Of a DNA stretch of 64,000 nt, positions 45,030 to 57,066 are shown one piece after another. The stretch is taken from assembly GCF_009914755.1 (NCBI RefSeq), contig NC_060927.1; one strand, given 5' to 3'. Numbering within the stretch: the first letter of the stretch is position 1; the number at the start of each line of letters is the position of its first letter. A model generated the notes under the pieces. It was not told the DNA's origin. It searched no databases and saw nothing but the letters and a program-made list of their open reading frames with translations. The translations under genes and the position numbers were made by a program. The DNA is from the human T2T-CHM13v2.0 reference genome, Homo sapiens.

Positions 45030-45691
45030 ACATGATCTTATATTTAGAAAAACCTAAAGAATCTGCCAAAAATGTTTAACACTCATAAACAAATTTGGTA
45101 AAGTTACAGAGTACAAAATAAACACACAAAAATCAGTAGCGATTCTATATGCCAAAAGCAAACAATCTAAAAATAAATTAAGAAAGGAAGGCCATTTACA
45201 CTAGCTCCAAAAAAGATAAAATACCTAGGAATATATTTAAACAAAATATGAAAGATCTCTACAATGAAAAGTATAAAACACTGGTAATAGAAATTGAGTA
45301 GAAAAGAATCCTAAAATTTGTCTGAAATTACAAAAGACCCCAAGTAGTCTAAGCAACCTAAGTAAGAAGAACAAAGCTGGAGGCATCACACTCCCTGACT
45401 TCAAAATATACTACAAAGCTATAGTAACCAAAACATCCTAATACTGGTATAAAAATGACACATAGACTAATGGAACAGAATAAAGACTCAGAAATAAATC
45501 TACATATTTACTGCCACCTTATTTTTAATTAAGGTGCCAAGAACATACACTGGGAAAGGGAAACCCTATTCAACAAATGGTGCTGGAAAACTGGATATCC
45601 ATATGTAGAAGAATGAAACTAGACCCATATCTCTCAACATATACAAAAATAAACTGATGTGGATTAAAAATGCAAAAGCAATACCTAAAAC

Positions 45692-46292
45692 TGATAGTGA
45701 AAGGAAACAGACTCCTAGGAAGACAGAGACAAGCGCCCAGTGGGGCTCAACCTTCAGGCCAAGAACAGTCTGAAGCCTGAAAATCAAGCTGTTCATTCTA
45801 GATAGAGTCCAAAACCGGAGTAAGAACTTCTATTCCTATCTTACCCACTCTCTCTTTATTGATTCCTTCTGGATGTTGCCTTTTAACCAATCTTATGATG
45901 TCTTTTCAAGCCCACCCATGGACCAATCAGCATGCATTCTCCCATTTTAAGCCCATAAAAACCCCAGACACAGCCTCACAAATGGCAACCCACTTTCAGG
46001 TCTCCTCTCGCTGCTGAGAATTTTCTTCCTGTCACAGAATAAAATTCTATTCTGCCTTACTCACTCTCCAATGTCCATGTACCTTATTCGTCTTGGTCAC
46101 AAGACAAGAACTCAGAACTCACCAAACTCTGGGAGCAAAAGAACTGGAACACTTCTGCTTGCCAAGCTGCAGGTGGTGGGAGTAAAAAGAGCTGTAACAC
46201 TCCCTCCCATTCGCCAAGCTGTGGGTGTGAAGAGGCTGCTGGGTGCCACTCCCTCCCGCTTGCCAAACTACAGGAGTGAAAAAGTTACAACA
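45692..46292 (+). mobile_element. 5' LTR (MER50-like)
   Basis: TG...CA termini, CCAAT boxes, CATAAAA TATA-like motif, AATAAA at ~46038. The first ~85 bp are repeated at 53607. Confidence 0.85.
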
Positions 46293-46295
46293 TTT

Positions 46296-46314
46296 TGGGG
46301 GGCTCATTCAGGAT
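46296..46314 (+). promoter_or_regulatory. Primer binding site, tRNA-Pro type
   Basis: TGGGGGGCTCATTCAGGAT versus canonical TGGGGGCTCGTCCGGGAT, 3 nt after the LTR end. Confidence 0.8.
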
Positions 46315-47469
46315 CTTCAGAAGGTTGAGTAAGAGAGGACCTATGACTCTTTAGTTTCATTCCAAGGTTATTGTCCTCAGATTATTTTCCAAAAACAGAT
46401 AAAACACCAGGACTCTGTCAGCCAGTTAAGAGTGGATAGCACAGCTGATGGTCTACAAGACTCAGAAGACAGGCTTCCTGGGAAGGACTTTGTCAATACC
46501 CCTTCACCTTCAGATGTTGGTAATGTTGGCTTTGTTCCCATTTAGTTTCCCTTTACAGATGTCTAGCCATTGCATGGTATCAGAATAAGGTCCCGGGGCA
46601 GTTGAAGGTATCTGGCTAAGGCTACACCTTGGCATTACCCAAGAGCTCCTGGACTAGCTCCAATCCCGGACAGCCCATTCAGGTGCTGGACCAAGATTTC
46701 CAGTCTTTCTTGTCACATTTTCTTTCTTTTGAGACTCTTTTGGCTGCTATCCCTTCTTTATACACAATATTACAGGTGTTTTTGCAACCCAAAGAGATAA
46801 TTTTATGGGGTGGAATGAATACTTGGCTTAGTCACCAGGAAAGTAAACCAGAACAATGTTTCTGTCTATCCTTAGAAACAGGGGTATGTAATGGCTAAGA
46901 GAGTTTTCTTTCCCCTGTCAAAAAAAAACCTGTTAGCACAGGGAAAGAGGCTTTTTCCCCCCAGACACCTTCCCTCCTTTGCATTTAATTTGTTGTTGTT
47001 TTTTTTTCCCCACCATGTCAGATGTCAACATAATCCTGCGAATACAGGGAGCTTTTAGTTGTAAGGGGTTATTGTTTGTCTTCTGGGGAGGCATTTTATT
47101 AGGCCTGGTCCCCAATTCCAGGGATTCCCTTTCTTTGTTTGAGGAAGATCTGTTCCCATAGCTTTACATTAGCATTACTCCAGCATATTTTCCAAGCTTC
47201 GGTTTGAAGCCCTAAAAGGAAAACTAGATCTGAGGGACCCAGAGGCAGTTGACAGTGGAAGACTACAGCACAGTGGAGGTAAGCATGACTACCCCTGCTG
47301 AGTAGGCCTTCCCACTTCATGGGTGGAGCTCATCCTCATATTTATGGTATGAGCCCCATGAGTTCACCCATGGTGCCAGTACCAGGTACTAAGATTTGGA
47401 GGATGCCTCAAATTCAAAATGAGAAAGGGAGAGACCAAGGGATATGTTTTATCCCCTCTCACTTTTCAA

Positions 47470-48933
47470 ATGGGTAGCAAACTATTCTCAGCCTGCACTC
47501 CTCTTGAGTGCATTCTGAATCACTGGGACTCCTTTGACCTTCAGACTCTGAAGAAATAATGCCTTATATTCCTTTGTACAATGGCTTGGCCAGGTTATAA
47601 TTTGCAGATGGAAAAGCCTGGCCTCTGGAGGGAGTAACAATTTTAATACTATCCTGCAGCTCAATCTTTTCTGTAAACACAAGGGCAAATGGTCCAATGT
47701 CCCATATGCAGGATTTTTTTTTCCCTTGTAGGATAATCAGGAACTCTGCTGACATTGTAGGATGGATCCAGCCCTCCTAGTGGTCGTCTCAGGAGGGTCT
47801 GCAAAGGACTATCCTAAGGGACTAGGACATTAAACCTCAGAGGTACCTCCAGCAGGGGAGTAAGCTCCCTCTGATCCTGCTCCTCCTGATCCATCCTGTG
47901 CTCTCTACCCAGGTTCTCTCTCTCAAGCTTATCCCATCCTAGAAATTCTCATTTTAGGAAGGTTCCAGCCTCACTCATGCCCCTACAAAAGATGCCTTGT
48001 GAATATGACCTCATTAAGGTACAAGTCCCCCTTTTGCTACAGGACTTAAGACAAATTAAGGGGGATTTTGTAAGTTTTCAGATAACTCTGACAGGTATAT
48101 AGAGGTCTTCCAGAATTTAACCCAAGTATTTGAACCCCTTTGCAAAGATATTATGGTACTTTTAAATCAAACCCTGACTATGGCTGAGAAGCAGGCAGCC
48201 CTGAAAGTGGCAGAGAAGTTTTGGGATGAGCTTTGTATCACATATAGTGCCAAGGAAGGGTGACAGCATTATCCAATTGGAAAAACAGCAGTACCATTGG
48301 AGGACCCTAAATGGGACCCCAGTGATGACACGGGAGAATAGAAGAGGAAACACTTTTAGACGTGCATATTGGAAGGCTTATGAAGGACTAGAACTAAGCC
48401 TCTAAATTACTCCAAACTATCCATGATAGACCAGGGCTCATATAAGAAGCCCTCTGCCTTTCTGGAAAGGCCTAGAGACCTTGGTAAAGCATATACCTTT
48501 ATCTCCTGATTCAGTTGAGGGACAGATAACCCTAAAGGATAAGTTTATTACCAGGTGGGCCCTGATATCAGGAGGAAGCTGCAGAAACAGGCCATGGGAC
48601 CAGATGTACTTTAGAGAACCTCCAGAAAGTGCCCACCTCGATCTTTCACAATAGGGATCTAGAGGAGGCTCAAAAGAGGGAGAGGGGACACAAGATAAAG
48701 GCAGAGGCTCTAATGGCTGCCTTGCAAGCTTCAACCCAGAATCCCCAAAGGCACCTATTAACTGCTACAAATGTGGCAAGCCAGAACACTTTAAGAAAGA
48801 CTGCCCAGACAACATGAGGAAGCCACCTCAACCCTGTACAATCTTCAGAGGGCATCATTGGAAGGCAGACTGTCCCTAGAGACACAGGTCACCAGGTCCA
48901 GAGCCAGTCTTCCAAATGGTCCAGCAGGACTGA
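47470..48933 (+). pseudogene. gag: ERV gag, multiply disrupted
   Basis: ATGGGTAGC start, TPLECILNHWDSFD, VQVPLLLQDLRQIKGD, zinc knuckle CYKCGKPEHFKKDC at 48763-48804, ends CAGCAGGACTGA. Confidence 0.88.
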
Positions 48934-50375
48934 TGAGTCCCAGGGCTCCTCTCCCAGCTCTGATGGTTCAGACTGCCATTACCATCCAGGAGCCCAGGTG
49001 ATTCTGGAGGTCACACTGAGGAAGGTGTACTTCCTCCTGGATACCAGAGCCGCTATTTCTGTTCTTTCCAATCCAGGCCTCCCCTCCTTTCTTTGCATGA
49101 CCATGAGGGGCATTTCAGGAAAGCTTTTAATCCGATATTTTTCCCAACCCCTTAGTTGTAGTTGTGAAGACCTCTTGTTTACTCATGGCTTTTAAATCAT
49201 GCCTGAAAGCCCAACTCCTCTGCTAGGCAGGGATATTTTACCTCATGTAGGAACCACTGTCCTTATGGACCCAGGACAGACTATTTATCTCCCCCTGGTG
49301 GAGACTGATAATCCAGAAATTTGGGCAACTCAAGGGAAAATTGGCCAAACCACAACCGCTACACCAGTCTGGATCCACCTTAAGAATCCCACTTCTTTCC
49401 CTAATGAGAGACAATTTCCCCTAAAACCAGAAGCTAAGAAAGGGCTAGAAGCCATCATTATAACTTGAGGATGCAGGGCCTGCAACAACCCTTGTACTAC
49501 CCTTATAACGGGGATAGAGAAACCCAACAGGGAATGGTGACTGGTCCAGGACCTCCATCTCATTAATGAGGCTGTGGTTCCAACTCATCTAGTGGTTCCC
49601 AATTCTTATATCTTGCTAACTCAAATGCCTGAGGGAACTATATGTTTCACAGTCCTGGACCTAAAGGATGCATTTTTCTGCATGTTACTATACCCTGACT
49701 ACAATATTTGTTTGCATTCAAGGAACCCTCCAACCAGACCACCCAGCTGGCCTGGATGGTATTACCTCCAGGATTCTGAGACAGCCCCCACCTGTTTGGA
49801 CAGGTGCTGTCAAGGGATCTCTCTGAGTTCCTTTATCCTCAGGTTAAAGTTTTACAATATGTAGATGACATTCTCCTGTGTGCCCCAACTGAAGGAATCT
49901 CTCAGGAAGGCAGTAAGGCTCTTGATTTGCTGGCTAACAGTGGATATAAGGTCTCAAAACCTAAGGCTCAGATCTGTCAGATTTCAGTGAAGTACTAGGT
50001 CTAGTCTTGTCAGAGGAAATCAGGGTGCTGAGTGAAGAAAGGATTAAGCCCATCGTCTCCTTTCTCCTCGCTCAAACCCTCAAACAACTGAGGGGATTAT
50101 TGGGCATTCCAGTATTCTGCAGATTATGGATATCTGGGTACAGTGAGATAGCTTGTCCTTTTTATCATCTAATAAAGGAAATTCAGGCTGCTAAGACTCA
50201 TTCTCTAATTTTGGAACCAGAGGCTAAAAGGGCCTTTGACCAATTGAAACAAGCCCTGCTTGAGGCACCAGCACTTAGTCTTCCCATAGGAAATACATTT
50301 GATCTTTATGTATCAGAAAAAAAGGAAATGGCCCTGGGAGTTCTAACCCAGTCTTGAGGTGAAACCCAGCAACCC

Positions 50376-50933
50376 TGTATTAGTCAATGTTCTCTAGAGG
50401 GACAGAACTAATATAACAGATGTGTATATGAAAGGGAGTTTATTGAGGAGAATTGAATCACATGATCACAAGGTAAAGTCACATGATAGGTCATCTGTAA
50501 GTTGAGAAGCAAGGATGCCAGTGGTGGATCAGTCTGAGTCCCAAATCCTCAAAAGTAGGGAAGCCTACAGTGCAGCCTTCATTCTGTAGCCAAAGGCCCA
50601 AGAGCCCCTGGAAAAGCACTTGTTTAAGTCCAAGGGTGCAAAAGCTGAAGAACTTGGAGTCTAATATTTGAGGGCAGAAAGCATCTGGCACAGGAGAAAG
50701 ATGAAGGCTAGAAGATTCAGCAAGTCAGCTCTCCATCTTCTGCTACCTGCTTTATTCTAGCCACACTGGAAGCTGATTAGATGGTGCCCACCCAAACTCA
50801 TGGTGGGTCTGCCTCTCCCAGTCCACTGACTCAAATGTTAATCTCCTTTGGCAACACCCTTACAGTCACACCCAGGAACAATATTTTGCATCCTTCAATC
50901 CAATCAAGTTGACATTCAATATTAACCATCACA
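50376..50933 (-). mobile_element. MLT2A2-like ERVL solo LTR inserted in pol
   Basis: TGTATTAGTCAATGTTCTCTAGAGGGACAGAAC...CAATATTAACCATCACA. 5-bp TSD AACCC / AGTCC. pol is contiguous across it. Confidence 0.9.
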
Positions 50934-51341
50934 AGTCCATAGGCTACCTAAGCAAGGAGCTTGATTTGGTGGCTAAAGGATGGCTGGCTTGCCTACAGGC
51001 AGTTGCAGTGGTAGCTTTACTGGTGCCAGAGGCTAATAAGTTAACCATGGGGAATAACTTAACCATGGTTACCCCACATAATGTGGCAGGACTGCTGTAT
51101 TCTAAGGATGGTATCTGGCTAACAGACAACTGCCTGCTCAAATATCAAGTTCTGCTATGGGAGGGATCTACAGTCCACTTAAGAAGCTGTCTCTCCCTAA
51201 ACCCAGCCACCTTTCTCCCAGAGGAAGCTGATGAGCCTGAACATGACGGAAAACAGATAGTACTGGAAGCCTATGTGTCTGGAGATGACCTCAAAGAAAC
51301 CCTCTTAGAAGACCCAGACTGAACTCTCTTTATGAACAAAG

Positions 51342-51351
51342 TTTTTTTTTT

Positions 51352-51382
<31 letters not shown>
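51342..51382. repeat. Poly-T tract (T10-G-T30) in pol
   Basis: Seen directly. Confidence 0.95.
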
Positions 51383-51383
<1 letters not shown>

Positions 51384-53269
51384 TAGAACAAGGGATCCAT
51401 AAAGCAGGGTATGCAGTAGTCACCCTAAATGACACAACTGAGAGCACAACTCTCTCCTTAGACACAGTGCTCAGCTAGCTGAGCTAATTGTCCTCACAAG
51501 GGTGCTTGAATTAAAACAAAGGGAGAGAAGTTAACATTTATTCTAAGTGTGCTTTCCTAGTCCTCCATGCCCATGCCACTATCTAGAAAGAGAGAGACTT
51601 CCTCACAGCTAATGTGTCTCCCATTAAACACTATCATGAAATTAACAGACTATTATCCTCATCTTTCCTTCCAGAGGAAGTGGCAGTAATACATTGTAAA
51701 GGCCACCAAAAGTGGATGGATGAAATAACCAAGGGAAATAAATTGGAAGACCAAGCAGCTAAATTGGCAGCAAGAAAGCCCCAGATTTTTGATCCACTTG
51801 AGGCCCCTCTGGTCTGGGGGATGCTCCATAAGAGAAATAAAACCTCAATATTCTCCTGCAGAAATATAATGGGCCACTTCTCAGGGATACACCTTCAGCC
51901 CTTAGGATGGCCTCAATTGGAGGATGGCAAACTTCATCTACCAGCTTCCAGCCAATGGAAAGTTCTTAAAATTCTTCATCAAGCCTCCCACCTAGGAAAA
52001 GATAAAACCTATCAATTGGCTCAAAGGTTGTTCTCAGGTAAAAATCTGCTAAAAAATCATCAAACAGGTCGTTAATGCTTGTTACCCTTGCCTTAAAAAT
52101 AATTCCCTCAACTGATGGCTTCTCTTCCCTTCTCCAGGACCCAAAGAATGGGCATCTACCTGGGAAAAGAATGGCAAATGGATTTCAACCATATGCCATC
52201 AGATAAGGGGCATCCAATACTGCTTAGTATTGGTAGATACCTTCACTAACTGGGTAGAAGCATTTGCATGTCAGAGAAAGCCTCTGAGGTGATAAAAGTA
52301 CTAACTCATGAGATAATTCCTCACTTTGGATTCCCTAAGTACCTCAAGAATGATAATGGCCCCTCATTCCAGGCAGCTGTCACCCAGGGTGTCAAAGGCA
52401 CTAGGCATACAATACCATCTTAATTGTGCTGGGACACTACAATCCTTGGGAATGGTACAAAAGACAACTGATATTATCAAAAGGCACCTTAGAAAACTGT
52501 CTCAAGAGACTCATCTCCCCTGGATTACTCTTCTTCCCATGGCCCTACTACCTGTTAGAAACACTCCTTCAAAGCTGGGTTTAAGTCCCTTTGAAATAAT
52601 ATTTTCTCACCAATGATTTCCTGCTAGACCAAGAAATCTCTGATTTGATTAAATATGCAACTTATTTGATTCATATCCAGCAGGAACTGAAACACCTCTC
52701 AGAGGTCCAAACCCATGAACTAGGGCCTCCTCTATTCAACTCAGTGGACTTAGTACTGGTAGAGGCTCTTCCTTCTCTTTCTCCATCTCTAGGCCCAGAT
52801 TGGGAGGAACCTTACACTGAACTTCTTTCTACTCCTTCAGCAGTGAAGGTCACTGGAATAGATTCTTGAATTTTTTATACTCAAGTAAAGGCCTGAGGAA
52901 CTGATGGAATTACCTCTGTTGACCCAGGAGAGTGCACAAAATACCAGTGTGAAGAAATCACAGACCTCAAGTTAAATATCATGAAAGATAAGTGTTAATA
53001 ATTAACCCTCTATGGATAACCTCTTTACAGTCTTGTTTATACTTGCTGTTCTCACATCTGTTCTGTTCCTCACCATAAGGTGTCTTTGCCAAGGACCCCT
53101 TAATCCTGAATACTCATGGGATTATCTACTCCCCTAAACACCTGTTTCTCTTCTAAAATTTAACTGCCCTCCCCCACAAAAGATTTAATTTCTTTCACAA
53201 TGGTGAAACAGCTCTGGCCACAACATGGTTTTCAGAATGATTAGTCTATTTTATTTCTTATCTCTGGCA

Positions 53270-53536
53270 CTGGCCTGGATTATTCCCTTCTTAGCTCCTG
53301 TTTGTATTATACTCATATTTGGTCCATGCATATTTAACCTCCTTGTAAAACCTGTTTCTTCTCACCTAGAGCCCATCAAACTCCAAATGGCCATGCAAAT
53401 GAAGACGCAAATGAAGACTCAAATGATGGCTCCCTTTTACCGGGGACTCTTAAAAAGGCCTCTGAGAGACAGAGAAAGAGAGAGAGAGAGAGATCGAGGT
53501 CTGACTGCCATTTTCCAAAACAATACCCCCTGTTAG
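53270..53536 (+). pseudogene. env: env remnant (TM/cytoplasmic tail only)
   Basis: WIIPFLAPVCIILIFGPCIFNLLVKPVSSHLEPIKLQM is a gamma-type TM C-terminus. There is no room for SU. Confidence 0.8.
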
Positions 53537-53606
53537 CATGAAGCAGCTAGACCAGTCACCATCCCTATCCTAATGGCAGTTAGATGTACCACTTCAAGGT
53601 GGGGAT

Positions 53607-53692
53607 TGATAGTGAAAGAAAACAGATAGATTCCTGGGCAGACAGGGATGGGGTCACCAGTGGGGCTTGACCTTCAGGCCAAGAACAGCCTG
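53607..53692 (+). mobile_element. Truncated 3' LTR
   Basis: TGATAGTGAAAG...CCTTCAGGCCAAGAACAGCCTG matches the 5' LTR start, then stops. Confidence 0.88.
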
Positions 53693-53754
53693 TATCAATT
53701 TTAAAAAGCAAAACAAAAAAGAAGAAAAAAACAATGTGATCCTCTCCCTGAAAA

Positions 53755-53977
53755 AAAATAGGCCTGAGGGAGCTTGTTCACCCCTTCTGCCATGGGAGGA
53801 CACAGCAAGAAGGTGTGCCATCTATCCATCAGAGAGCAAGCTCTCACCAGATACAGAATCTACTGGTGTCTTGATCTTGGACTCCCCAATCTGCAGAACT
53901 GTGAGAAATAAATTTATGTTATTTACAAATTACACAGTTTAAGAGATTTGTTCTAGCAGCCTGAATGAACTAAGACA
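53755..53977 (+). mobile_element. MLT1A-type MaLR LTR, 3' part (split element)
   Basis: CCCCTTCTGCCATGGGAGGACACAGC...AGAACTGTGAGAAATAAATT...GCAGCCTGAATGAACTAAGACA. Confidence 0.85.
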
Positions 53978-54606
53978 CACATTTTCTGTGTGTGCTTATG
54001 ATTAATTCCTATTAATAACAAAGTTATTAGTAAAATGAGAGGTATTCACTCTCTTCTCTAAAATCTCACATACTCAGTTAAGACCTCTACTATGTCATTT
54101 TCCTGTTATATTTAAAATCTGTAATTCTCTATCTCTGTACTCACTAGGATATGATATCTTCAAAGGTCATGATCATGTTTCATTATTCTTCATTCCTCCA
54201 GTTTCTACCACTGCCCTTGGAAGATAGTAAATATTCAGTAACTCTTTATTGGGTTACTTTTCTTGGGTGGAAAAGTAAACATGTTTCTGTCTGAATTTCT
54301 TAGTGTATGAATTCAACCAGAGTTGATTTATAATTTCAGTTTTCTTCACAGTGTTCAAAAAATACAGGCAATTTTATCAAGAACTTCTTGTGTCCTTTCA
54401 ATTTTCATATTTCTTGTTACCTATCTACTTTTTGGGATATTATTTCTTTCCAGGCATCCAAGTTCCAGGTATACTTAGCATTACCTAAACTCAGTTATAA
54501 CAAGTGAGTAGCAAATTTCTAGTAAATTTCTAAAGCCTATGCAATGGTTTTCCCTTTCTAGAATTCTCATAAACATGTTCTTAAATATTTCTTTGTGTGG
54601 CATACC

Positions 54607-54650
54607 TACATATATATGTCTATATGTGTATGTTTGTGTGTGTGTATATG

Positions 54651-54705
<55 letters not shown>

Positions 54706-54706
54706 G
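54607..54706. repeat. Compound (TA)/(TG) microsatellite
   Basis: Alternating purine-pyrimidine tract with perfect (TG)n(TA)n at 54656-54705. Confidence 0.9.
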
Positions 54707-55519
54707 CCTATAGTCACCAAGAGGGCACTCTATAAGCATGCTTTCTTGGCTGAGATTTATTGAACTCTAATTTGCCAGCATTCCCTTATGTCAAACTATG
54801 ACAATATGAAGTGAAGAAACTTTGTCTATATGCCCTTCCTATGCCAGTTTTGCTCAGTTCCAAACAGCAGTTTGCACCTGGTAGACCTTCAAGATATATA
54901 ATGTGCATGACTGAATCAGCAAATTCCACTTGGCTCGTACCTTATTTGGCCATCTTCAAAAAAAAATCTTCTAAAATAAACGTCCTACTCCTATCACTGA
55001 CTCAAATCTTCCAGTGTGATGATTTGTAATTTTGAACCAGCCTGCTAAAACTCTAGCCAGAATTGGTTCCATAAATCCTTTTACATAAGTTTGACTCATC
55101 TATAATTAATCATCTTAATAAGATTATTAAATTCCATTTATTTCTAATACCATTAATCTTTCATATCAGATAATTTGTGATATGCCATGATTAGCAGAAT
55201 AGTTTAATTAGCACATTCTATAAATCTAGAACATGATCTTGGATTGAATTCTGTTAGTCCTCCTTACCTCATATCAGTAACTGCAGTAGAGAATTAGAAA
55301 AGTTGTTGCTCACCCATACGTTTTCTCTCTTATAGCTCTTTTCCTGGGAGCCATATTGCACTAGAAATTGTCTCTCCTAACATGTCTTCTACCTTTCCCT
55401 AACATTTTTTTAACTGTCATTTTTAAGTCTGCTTAAGTAAAATTTTAAATATTTTAAATACACAGCAATTTTCACCAAAAGTTTTCATATATACTCACTG
55501 CATATAATAACCCTGTAGA

Positions 55520-55911
55520 TTATTATGCTTATTGTACAATTAAGGCAAGCTGCCTAGAACAAATATAGTGTAACTTTCACTGCACTCCACTTGTCAAGCC
55601 AAGGCCAGCTTCATGGACATGTGATCTGTATAGTTGCACAAAATCTGGTGCATAGAAAGACCCTATGTTTGTTGCTCTGTTGCTGTCATCTTGAAATTCT
55701 TAATAGTTTTTGAACAAGGGGCCTCACATTTTTATTTTCCACTGGGCCCCACATACTATATGGTTGCTCCTGATCAAAGCAAGTCACAAGCCAGCCCAGA
55801 TTCTAAGAAAAGGAAAATAGAAGGTAGATTTTACCTCCTGATGGGTGGAACAGCACATATGTTTAGGGGAGAAAGGAATTGATGGTGACCACCTTTGCAG
55901 AATATTTACCA
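55520..55911 (-). mobile_element. Old MLT1 fragment (within a MIR), interrupted by MER91A
   Basis: CAAAGCAAGTCACAAGCCAGCCCAGATTC...CCTCCTGATGGG...TTTACCATA. MIR core GAGGAAACTGAGG resumes at ~55930. Confidence 0.6.
55600..55772. mobile_element. MER91A-like hAT-Tip100 element
   Basis: CAAGGCCAGCTTCATGG...TCTTGAAATTCTTAATA..TTTTGAACAAGGGGCC...CTGGGCCCCACA...CCTG. Confidence 0.75.
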
Positions 55912-57066
55912 TATTCTTATTTTACTAATGAGGAAACTGAGGTGGAGAGAGATTAACTGCCTAGCCCAAAATCACATCACTGACCAGTAATGTAACAGAT
56001 ATAGCCCTGGTATTCACTAGAAAAAAATTACTGTGCATAGTCCAGAGCACAGTGGAGACAGAATGGTAAAACTGATCGATTTCCATCTGTTGTACAATCA
56101 CTAGAGGACAATATTGCTAAAAATAAGAGTTAATTTAACCATAGTTATCTTCTTTCCGTATGTTAGCACCCTGTTTAGTGCCTTGGGTTGGAATCTCCTT
56201 GCCAGCTCTGATTCTTCAAACTCCAGTGCCTAAAACCAACCATTCATCCTTTATTACACCTGGGCTAGTTCATGAGCTTTCTCCACTTCAGTTAGGAACA
56301 TTGAATATAGAAAGGGAAAATGGCTGAGCACCACAGCCAGGCAAGAAAAAAGGTCTAACACAAATCTGAAAAGGTCCATAGGATAGGAAAGTAAGGAGAG
56401 TCAAGAATGTAAGGACCTCTAGTTGTGAGATTGAATATGAGATTCAGCAAGAGGAAGGAATGAGAGGGATTGGAGCAGGAGGTTGAGCTTCTAAGTTTTA
56501 AGTCTTGGAAATACAGCAGTGTTAAAGTGTTTCTTTCTAGGTGACTGGTTGATACTCCGAGGAGTCATGGAGACAAGTATTGGGAAAAGTAAAGCTACCA
56601 TTGTGATAGCTGACTAAATGATATGCGTTTTTTTTTAATAACTGTAAGATATTATTTTCAACATTTGCTATATGAGTGTGAGTTGCATTACTAATAAAAC
56701 CATGTCTTCTTTAACTTTGTATTTCAGTGCTTGATATTTATAGGTTTCCCATTAAATATTAATGATTCAAATGAGAAAGTAGTATTTTCCAATCTGTAAG
56801 AACCATCATTTAATATTTGACAAAAACTGTTCCTCTTGCTCTTCTAGTGTTACTTGGAAAATGGCATTTAATGGAAAGATGCTATGTTAGACATAATGTA
56901 ATGTATAACATAAAACTACAGTTGGTTTTTTGTCTAAAGTCAGCGATGTTCTTTAATGTTTCCTATATTGCAGACATTGTAAACTTTAGATATATGTTCT
57001 CATTTAATTCTCACAAATACACTTCATAGTAGATGGTATTGTTATCAAAATTATACAGAAAAGAAA

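Larger units (their letters stand above)
48934..52998 (+). pseudogene. pol: ERV pro-pol (PR, RT, RNase H, IN), multiply disrupted
   Basis: FLLDTRAAISVL, VLDLKDAFF, LQYVDDILL, GYLSKELDLVAKGW, VIHCKGHQ, WQMDFNHMP and DNGPSF motifs. Confidence 0.92.
45692..53692 (+). mobile_element. Class I ERV provirus, MER50/HUERS-P-like, defective
   Basis: 5' LTR TGATAGTG...CA, tRNA-Pro PBS, gag-pro-pol, env remnant, polypurine tract AAGGTGGGGAT and truncated 3' LTR. Confidence 0.9.
38347..53754 (+). mobile_element. Old, originally near full-length L1MA-type element carrying nested insertions
   Basis: 5'UTR from ~38370, decayed ORF1 (~39400-42400), decayed ORF2 (~42830-45690), 3' terminus and A-tail at ~53691-53754. 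Decayed TSD AAAAAAGACTTGAGGG / AAAATAGGCCTGAGGG. Confidence 0.8.

Noticed and set aside
53225-53536. Co-opted env/syncytin-like gene
   Set aside because: Only the TM tail remains; no signal peptide, SU, furin site or immunosuppressive domain.
54454-56795. Further + strand exon candidates (54454-54503, 56541-56588, 56744-56795)
   Set aside because: Splice-like motifs only. They form no coherent reading frame I can link to a known protein.
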